A stretch of DNA of 64,000 nt, taken from NCBI GenBank assembly GCA_964549685.1, contig CAZJVE010000001.1, forward strand, positions 107,906 through 171,905. Direction: 5' to 3'. Positions 57,817-64,000 of this stretch are shown here, in pieces (position 1 is the first letter of the stretch; each line of letters starts with the position of its first letter). The stretch is from an uncultured archaeon (GTDB lineage Archaea; Altiarchaeota; Altiarchaeia; IMC4; QMZM01). A program made the translations under genes and the position numbers. Under the pieces are notes generated by a model. The model worked only from the letters and a program-made list of their open reading frames with translations. It was not told the DNA's origin and did not search any database.

Positions 57817-57906
57817 GTAGTGCCTAACTCTGCAGTGGTGTGGTGCTTAACCTTTGGTGCTGTTTTGTAGTGCCTAACTTTATTATGCCGTGTTGTAGTG
57901 CCTAAC
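57817..57906 (-). repeat. Array of three exact and one degenerate copy of the same 12-mer in reverse orientation (GTAGTGCCTAAC), in a convergent intergenic region
   Basis: Exact copies at 57817, 57867 and 57895; degenerate GTGGTGCTTAAC at 57840. Confidence 0.85.
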
Positions 57907-57928
57907 TTTCTAGAACCGCAACACACAA

Positions 57929-58507
57929 CTACTCTCTGAGAACCTTCCCGGACCGCAAATCAATAACCTTCGACGGCTTCCCCACCCTGCACGGCCCGGA
58001 GTCGATAACGAGATCTGCTCCATCCTTTATCCTATCAGAAATCTCCTCGACGCTGGTGGGGGGCGCCTCACCAGAGGCATTCGCTGAGGTGGTTATTATT
58101 GGAACCCCCGCGGCATCGACGACTCTCCTCAATGCTGCGTGGTTGGGAATCCTCACCCCAACCGTGTCCTTACCAGCAGTAACGGCATCGGGAATTCTAG
58201 ATTTTTTCTTTAAAATGAACGTGTATGGTTTACCAATATTATCAAGTATGAATTTTCTCTCCCCCACACCGACAACTGCGTACTCCTCAACCATCTCGAT
58301 GCTGGAGAAGGCAACGGACAGCGGCATGTCTCTACTCCTCTTCTTAATCTCAAAAACCCTCTCTACGCCGGGGGATTCTATGGAGCAACCGAGTCCATAG
58401 ACGGTATCTGTCGGATATACAATAAGCTTACCCGCCCTCAAAAACTCCGCAGCGCATAGAATCTTATCCTCTTCAGGGTTATCTGGAGAAATTCTTAGAA
58501 TCTTCAT
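57929..58507 (-). CDS. YrdC/Sua5-family L-threonylcarbamoyladenylate synthase
   Basis: YrdC domain motifs (VYPTDTVYGL, SANASGE). Confidence 0.8.
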   Translation of the reverse strand: MKILRISPDNPEEDKILCAAEFLRAGKLIVYPTDTVYGLGCSIESPGVERVFEIKKRSRDMPLSVAFSSIEMVEEYAVVGVGERKFILDNIGKPYTFILKKKSRIPDAVTAGKDTVGVRIPNHAALRRVVDAAGVPIITTSANASGEAPPTSVEEISDRIKDGADLVIDSGPCRVGKPSKVIDLRSGKVLRE

Positions 58508-58530
58508 GTTGACTGTGGCAGACCAAGGGT

Positions 58531-58689
58531 CTACGGTCCTTTAAAGCCGCACTTTTCACACACATACGGTGTACCAAGCCCTCTGCATGACTTGCACCGT
58601 ATCATCTCGGTCTCGCCGCACTGGGGGCACTTAAATTCAACAAACTTCTGCCTTACCTCTGTTCCGCAACTGCTACATAATTTGACCAT
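58531..58689 (-). CDS. Small Zn-ribbon protein (2x CxxC pairs; COG2888-like)
   Basis: MVKLCSSCGTEVRQKFVEFKCPQCGETEMIRCKSCRGLGTPYVCEKCGF; the longer track ORF has a low-complexity upstream extension. Confidence 0.55.
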   Translation of the reverse strand: MVKLCSSCGTEVRQKFVEFKCPQCGETEMIRCKSCRGLGTPYVCEKCGFKGP

Positions 58690-58737
58690 CGTTTTGTGGA
58701 TATTTGTATTCGATTGAATATTAATATAATATAGAGA

Positions 58738-60012
58738 ATGCGAAAACCCATCCCAAAACCAGGAACCCCGGTAGAGATAAAAACCAAGGAGAAGACATAC
58801 GAGGGGATTCTTATGGAGCGGCCCGCCTTGGCCAAGGACAAGTTCGTGGTAATAAAGCTGGAGAGCGGCTACAATGTCGGCATAAAGGAGAAGAAAATCG
58901 ATAGCATCAAACCCATCAAGAAGAAGATAAAAAAGGACGCCTTCAAACCCGCCAGGCACAGAAGGGACCCGAAAAAACCCGACATATCAATCCTTGCAAC
59001 CGGCGGAACAATAGCCAGCAGGGTTGACTATCTTACTGGGGGTGTACATTCAGCCTTTTCAGCAGAGGAACTAATCTCTGCTGTGCCTGAGCTGGAGGAG
59101 ATTGCAAACCTCTCCGGAAGGCAGCTCTTCAACAAGTTCTCGGAGAACATGCAGCCAGAGGACTGGGTTAAAACCGCAAAGGAGACCGCAAAGGAGATAA
59201 AGAAGAAATCCGCTGGAGTGGTCATCACCCACGGAACAGACACGATGCACTATACCTCAGCAGCATTAGCTTTCATGCTGAAAACCCCGGTTCCTGTCGT
59301 CATCACTGGTGCACAGAGGAGCTCCGACAGGGGCTCAAGCGACGCTGCCTTTAATCTGATAAATTCTGCAAGGGTCGCAGCCAACGGAGAATTCGCAGAG
59401 GTGTGCGTTGTCATGCATGCAGAACCCTCAGATTCACACTGCCTAATCCATCCCGCAACAAAGGCAAGAAAGCTGCACTCCAGCAGGAGGGATGCATTCA
59501 GGAGTGTGAATTCACAGCCCCTTGGAAGGATTTCAGAAGAAGGAATAGAATTCTTCCAGGAGATGAATAAAGGAAATAAACTGGAACTGGACACGAAACT
59601 GGAGGAGAAGGTGTCCTTACTAAAATACCACCCAGGAATGGATTCTAAAATAATTGATAATTTAATAAAGGAAAATTACAAGGGAATTCTCATTGAGGGC
59701 ACTGGCCTTGGCCACACCAGTGAGGCCCTTTTCGATTCGATAGAGAACGCAATAAACTCTGGAGTTGCTGTTGCAATGACATCCCAGACGATATTCGGCA
59801 CCGTAAACATGAACGTCTACTCCACCGGCAGGAAGCTCCTCGACATGGGAGTAATTGCGTGTGGGGACATGCTCAGCGAAACAGCCTACGTAAAGCTGAT
59901 GTTCGTCCTAGGGCATACAAAGAAACAGGACAAGGCTAGGGAGATGATGCTAGCGAATTACGCGAGGGAGCTCACAGAGGGATGTGGGGTCGACCCCCCG
60001 GACCTATACTAA
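58738..60012 (+). CDS. gatD: Glutamyl-tRNA(Gln) amidotransferase subunit D
   Basis: Archaeal GatD N-terminal domain plus asparaginase-like domain (ILATGGTIAS, HGTDTM). Confidence 0.85.
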   Translation: MRKPIPKPGTPVEIKTKEKTYEGILMERPALAKDKFVVIKLESGYNVGIKEKKIDSIKPIKKKIKKDAFKPARHRRDPKKPDISILATGGTIASRVDYLTGGVHSAFSAEELISAVPELEEIANLSGRQLFNKFSENMQPEDWVKTAKETAKEIKKKSAGVVITHGTDTMHYTSAALAFMLKTPVPVVITGAQRSSDRGSSDAAFNLINSARVAANGEFAEVCVVMHAEPSDSHCLIHPATKARKLHSSRRDAFRSVNSQPLGRISEEGIEFFQEMNKGNKLELDTKLEEKVSLLKYHPGMDSKIIDNLIKENYKGILIEGTGLGHTSEALFDSIENAINSGVAVAMTSQTIFGTVNMNVYSTGRKLLDMGVIACGDMLSETAYVKLMFVLGHTKKQDKAREMMLANYARELTEGCGVDPPDLY

Positions 60013-60216
60013 CTCTTTTATCACGACATCGCACGCTGCAAGAATCGTTAGACCGATAATTGCCGAGATCAGAAAACGCAGACCCGGGTCATTTGGAAAT
60101 AAATAGACGTCCAGCAGGCCCCAGATTCCGTGCCAGAACATAATCACTGCAACACCGATTATAAGGGCAAATAGCTTTTGATGATTTACCTCTAACTTTT
60201 TAAACGCCTTTAGCAT
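60004..60216 (-). CDS. Hypothetical small membrane protein
   Basis: Two TM helices. Confidence 0.35.
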   Translation of the reverse strand: MLKAFKKLEVNHQKLFALIIGVAVIMFWHGIWGLLDVYLFPNDPGLRFLISAIIGLTILAACDVVIKELV

Positions 60217-60243
60217 ATTTATCTATTACTCTTTTATTAAAAA

Positions 60244-61476
60244 ATGTTTATCGGTTTGGATGATACGGACTCCCTGAAGGGGGGATGCACCACTTACCTA
60301 GCAGCGCTGCTGTGTAGGGAGCTAGGCACTACAACACGCCCCCGACTCATCCGGCTCAACCCGAACATCCCCTACAAGACAAGAGGCAACGGCGCAGTCG
60401 CAATTGAGGTGGATGGAAACCCTGCTAGAATAAAGGAAACGGCCCTGAAACTGGTCAAGAAACGCGCCCACACCCAGGACAAGAGAACAAACCCCGGTGT
60501 GGCATTCATTGATAATCTAAATTCAAAAAATAAAGACATTTTAAATGAATTCTACCAGAGAGCGGTCTCAGAACTCGTAACGATAGAGGAAGCCGATGAA
60601 ACCGCAGCAAGGGCTGTGGCCGAAACCCACAAATTCAACAACGGCAGGGGCATCATCGGCGCACTGGCAGCAATCGGTGCAGAACTTGATGACAGGACCT
60701 ATGAGCTAATTGCCTACAGGACGAAGGAGAACTGCGGCAAGCCGAAGAAGATAGACGAGGATTCCGTATTCTTGATGCATGAACAATTCCACCCCAAGGT
60801 ATTCAACTCCATTGACCCAGAGACGAATCAAATCCTTATAACCCCACACGGCTACGACCCGGTCTTCTGTGGCATCCGGGGAGAATCTCCCGGCGCAGTT
60901 TTGAAAGCATGGAAGGCCATAAAACCCCTGGAAGAGATAGAACTCACCCAAATATTTGAGACAAACCAAGCTACAGATGCTCATTTGAGAAATAGAAAAA
61001 TCTCTGAATTAAAGCCCCATGACTGCGCAATTCTGGAAGGCGCCGTTGCCAAAGACCCAAGAACAATCGAGGGCGGCCACGTGCTCTTCTCAATTGCTGA
61101 CAGCACGGCAGAGATTGATTGCGCGGCCTACGAGCCAACAGGAGGATTCAGAGAAATAGCAAGGAAACTGCTGCCCGGGGACAGGATTCGTGCCTACGGC
61201 GGGATTGGAAAATATATTAATACTCTAAACCTTGAGAAAATTGAAATTTTAGAATTGGTTAAGGCCTACAAGAAGGAATCTCCTGCCTGTTGCGGCCGGA
61301 GGATGACCTCAGCAGGAAAAGACAAGGGCTTCAAGTGCAGGAAGTGCGGCAAGAGAAAGGACTCGAACTCTGCAGCAACCCAGGAAATTCCCCGGGGACT
61401 TAAAGAAGGATTCTACGAGGCACCACCCAGGGCGATGAGGCACCTGAGCAAGCCGATAATAAGGGCGCAGCAGTGA
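60244..61476 (+). CDS. tiaS: tRNA(Ile2) 2-agmatinylcytidine synthetase
   Basis: MFIGLDDTDS N-terminus and C-terminal Zn ribbon (CRKCGKRK); carries an in-frame 15-mer copy (ELGTT). Confidence 0.8.
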   Translation: MFIGLDDTDSLKGGCTTYLAALLCRELGTTTRPRLIRLNPNIPYKTRGNGAVAIEVDGNPARIKETALKLVKKRAHTQDKRTNPGVAFIDNLNSKNKDILNEFYQRAVSELVTIEEADETAARAVAETHKFNNGRGIIGALAAIGAELDDRTYELIAYRTKENCGKPKKIDEDSVFLMHEQFHPKVFNSIDPETNQILITPHGYDPVFCGIRGESPGAVLKAWKAIKPLEEIELTQIFETNQATDAHLRNRKISELKPHDCAILEGAVAKDPRTIEGGHVLFSIADSTAEIDCAAYEPTGGFREIARKLLPGDRIRAYGGIGKYINTLNLEKIEILELVKAYKKESPACCGRRMTSAGKDKGFKCRKCGKRKDSNSAATQEIPRGLKEGFYEAPPRAMRHLSKPIIRAQQ

Positions 61477-61563
61477 ATTTCAACAGACAAAACCGATATG
61501 TAGTGCCTAACTTTTCTCCAACCTATTTAATCCTCCACTCCTAATTCTATTACACTCCCAGAG

Positions 61564-63705
61564 ATGGAAAACAACTACAAATCCAAGGTCAAGGTAAGGA
61601 CGTCCAAGACAACTTTTGAGAGATTTGACAGCGAAAAGATAACGAAATCCCTGGTGCGGGAGACCGGCCTTGACGAGAAGAAATCAAGAGAGGTAGCGGA
61701 GGCAGTCGAGGCGGAACTTCAGGGACTTAAGCTCGAATACGTCACTGCTCCATTAATCAGAGAGATAGCAAACGTAAAGCTGCTTGAGCACGGCCTTGAG
61801 GACGTAAGGGCCAAATATACCCGTCTCGGAATGCCAGTCTATGACGTAAAAAACCTGATAGAGCTCCCCTCAAAGGAGAACGCAAACCTGCAATATAATC
61901 CTGAATCCATTCATAAGCTTCTTGCAGACCAGGTCTCTAAGGAATATACTCTGATAAACGTGCTTCCTCTGGAGCTGGCAGACGCTCACATGGCGGGCGA
62001 AATCCATATTCACGACCTGGACTACTTCATAAGGCCCTTCTGTTTCAGCCATGATATAAGATTCTTCCTAAAGAACGGCTTCAAGGCCGATGGGATTGGC
62101 AACCACACAGCAATTGCGGGGCCCGCAAAGCGCCCCGAGGTAGCCTTCCTCCATGCAGCAAAGGTCCTTGCAGCATCGCAGACAAACTGTGCGGGAGGAC
62201 AGGGCTTCAGCTTTTTCAATACATTTCTTGCGCCCTTCATAGCAGGCCTTGACTACAAGAAGATAAAACAGCTGGCCCAGATGTTCATCTACGAGCTGTC
62301 GCAGATGTACGTTGCAAGGGGCGGCCAGGTTGTTTTCAGCTCAATAGACTGCGACATGTCGGTTCCAAAGCAGTTCAGGGACATCCCCGCAATCCTGCCC
62401 GGCGGGGACGTCAAGGAATCTGTAACATACGCGGACTTTGAGGACGAAACAAGAAGTTTATTTAATGCAATCCTTGATGTCTATCTCGAGGGGGACTGCA
62501 TAGGAAAGCCCTTTAATTTCCCCAAATTCGAGGTACAGGTTCACCCTAAGGATCTAAAAAACGGCAAGAACGATGAAGAATTGATGAGGGTATCGGAGCT
62601 GGCTGCAAAATTCGGAACCCCATATTACATAATAAACCAGCCATACATGCCGGAATTTGCTTGCTACCAATGTTGTTCGTTCCTTATGCCGTTAGACGAA
62701 TCATCAACAGATGATGACGTAAGGGACGGAACCATAAGGGGTGGCGGTCTGCAGGTTATAACAACAAACCTGCCGCAGATTGCTTATGAAGCAAATGGCA
62801 ACGACGACAAATTCTTCGAGCTCCTTCAAGACAGGATGGAGAAGGCAAAGAAGACGCTCCTGCTGAAAAGGCAGACCATAACGAGAAACCTTAACAACAA
62901 CCTGCTTCCATTCATGGGCCAGCCGGTAAACGACAAGGAGAGATACCTTGAGGTTGACAAGCAAAGCTACATAATCGGGCTAGTTGGCATGAACGAAGCC
63001 GTAAAGGCACACACAGGGGAGGAGCTACACGAGTCGGATAACGCATGGAAATTCGGTCTTAAGGTAATGAAGGCGATGAAGGACACGGTAGCACAGTTCA
63101 GAGACGAAACGAAGCTCAACTTCACTCTTGCTAGAACCCCTGCAGAATCATCTGCTTACAGGCTCGCTCAGATAGACCTTAAGAAATACGGCGACAAGGC
63201 AGTAGTGAACGGCGAAAATGATTCGGCCTACTACACCAACTCATTCCACACAAGGCCCTCGGCAGAAATTCCCCTATGGAAGAAGCTCACAGTAGAAGGG
63301 GCCTTCCATCCCCTAACAGACGGGGGGGCGCTGAGTCACGTATATCTTTCGGAAAAGAACCCGAGCCCCGAGGGCATATATGAACTGACAAAGAAGATTG
63401 CAACAAAGACAGCCATACAGTATTTCGCCTTTACTAAGGACCTCTCAGTATGCAGCAAATGCAACTTCACCTCCGGCGGGCTTGTTAATGAGTGCCCGAA
63501 CTGCAACTCCAAGAACATTGACTGGTGGTCCAGAATCACGGGATACTATCAGAACGTTGCAGGCTGGAACAAAGGCAAACTGGCAGAGCTTAGCGAAAGG
63601 AGAAGGTACGGTCTTTCCGACGACTCAGGGGAACTCTCATTAAACGTAAAGAAGAAACTCAGCAAGGAAGGCAAAGCCAACTGGAATGGGAACTTTGACT
63701 TTTAA
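61564..63705 (+). CDS. nrdD: Anaerobic ribonucleoside-triphosphate reductase (class III)
   Basis: N-terminal ATP-cone, C-terminal Zn site CSKCN...CPNCN, glycyl-radical loop RITGYY. Confidence 0.85.
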   Translation: MENNYKSKVKVRTSKTTFERFDSEKITKSLVRETGLDEKKSREVAEAVEAELQGLKLEYVTAPLIREIANVKLLEHGLEDVRAKYTRLGMPVYDVKNLIELPSKENANLQYNPESIHKLLADQVSKEYTLINVLPLELADAHMAGEIHIHDLDYFIRPFCFSHDIRFFLKNGFKADGIGNHTAIAGPAKRPEVAFLHAAKVLAASQTNCAGGQGFSFFNTFLAPFIAGLDYKKIKQLAQMFIYELSQMYVARGGQVVFSSIDCDMSVPKQFRDIPAILPGGDVKESVTYADFEDETRSLFNAILDVYLEGDCIGKPFNFPKFEVQVHPKDLKNGKNDEELMRVSELAAKFGTPYYIINQPYMPEFACYQCCSFLMPLDESSTDDDVRDGTIRGGGLQVITTNLPQIAYEANGNDDKFFELLQDRMEKAKKTLLLKRQTITRNLNNNLLPFMGQPVNDKERYLEVDKQSYIIGLVGMNEAVKAHTGEELHESDNAWKFGLKVMKAMKDTVAQFRDETKLNFTLARTPAESSAYRLAQIDLKKYGDKAVVNGENDSAYYTNSFHTRPSAEIPLWKKLTVEGAFHPLTDGGALSHVYLSEKNPSPEGIYELTKKIATKTAIQYFAFTKDLSVCSKCNFTSGGLVNECPNCNSKNIDWWSRITGYYQNVAGWNKGKLAELSERRRYGLSDDSGELSLNVKKKLSKEGKANWNGNFDF

Positions 63706-63706
63706 A

Positions 63707-63955
63707 ATGGCCAGGCTAAAACTCTTCACAGCGACCAAATGCCCCAAATGCCCAGAGGCAAAGAGGGTCGTTGAGGAAGTAGCAAAGGATTTAAACCTAG
63801 AGTATGAAATTGTTAACATAGACGAGGGAGATAACCTCATCAACGCATTGCAATATCAGATTGCCTCCACCCCCTCAATAGTGATAGATGAGCAGGCGGA
63901 ATTCATAGGAGCTGTTCCAACCAAGGAGGAACTGGTACAAAAACTAAACAAATAG
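63707..63955 (+). CDS. Glutaredoxin/NrdH-like small redoxin
   Basis: CPKC active site in a thioredoxin fold, directly downstream of nrdD. Confidence 0.7.
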   Translation: MARLKLFTATKCPKCPEAKRVVEEVAKDLNLEYEIVNIDEGDNLINALQYQIASTPSIVIDEQAEFIGAVPTKEELVQKLNK

Positions 63956-64000
63956 CAGAATGTATCATATAGCTGCTTACTCCCAGAACGATTCTGAAAT

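Noticed and set aside
53578-57906. The 12-mer arrays as a CRISPR array or as the ends of an intact transposon
   Set aside because: Repeats are only 12-15 nt with 16-21 nt spacers, which is far below CRISPR dimensions. No cas genes, transposase or integrase are present, and the enclosed genes are core metabolism, so a mobile element is not supported, although the end-like geometry is noted.

Overview
This 64 kb window is an archaeal chromosomal segment of roughly 47% GC, densely packed with coding sequence on both strands. It is mostly housekeeping. Archaeal hallmark genes are present: Nop5, S17e and L40e ribosomal proteins, TiaS, GatD, archaeal-type SAM synthetase, apgM, DnaG, MCM, a presenilin homologue, and the HMG-CoA synthase / thiolase / DUF35 operon. 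Other recognisable functions include guaA, carA, a split carB N-half, trxB, SRP54, MinD, aroD, pyrE, nadX/nadC, LarB/LarC, an nrdD-redoxin pair, a Rad50-like ATPase and a stand-alone Cas4-like nuclease. There is also a glycan-synthesis cluster (two GT2 synthases plus a polyprenol-kinase-like protein), two giant paralogous cell-surface proteins and a BatA-like vWA protein next to SppA. Two tRNA genes are present: tRNA-Arg(TCT), and an initiator-type tRNA-Met that appears to carry two introns. No CRISPR array, IS element or integrase was seen. The most unusual signal is at the DNA level. A 15-mer, RAGTTAGGCACTACA, recurs at least 12 times. It forms two 4-unit direct-repeat arrays in convergent intergenic regions, inverted relative to each other and flanking a 4.1 kb block. 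It also sits in-frame, encoding (E/K)LGTT, inside four unrelated genes, and occurs as a solo copy upstream of nrdD, with decayed copies upstream of dnaG. Other notable features are a compact multi-hairpin element co-transcribed downstream of tRNA-Arg, a free-standing double-motif LAGLIDADG endonuclease between the split carB and the intron-containing tRNA, an orphan Rad50-like ATPase, and a lysine/alanine/proline-rich histone-H1-like small protein.
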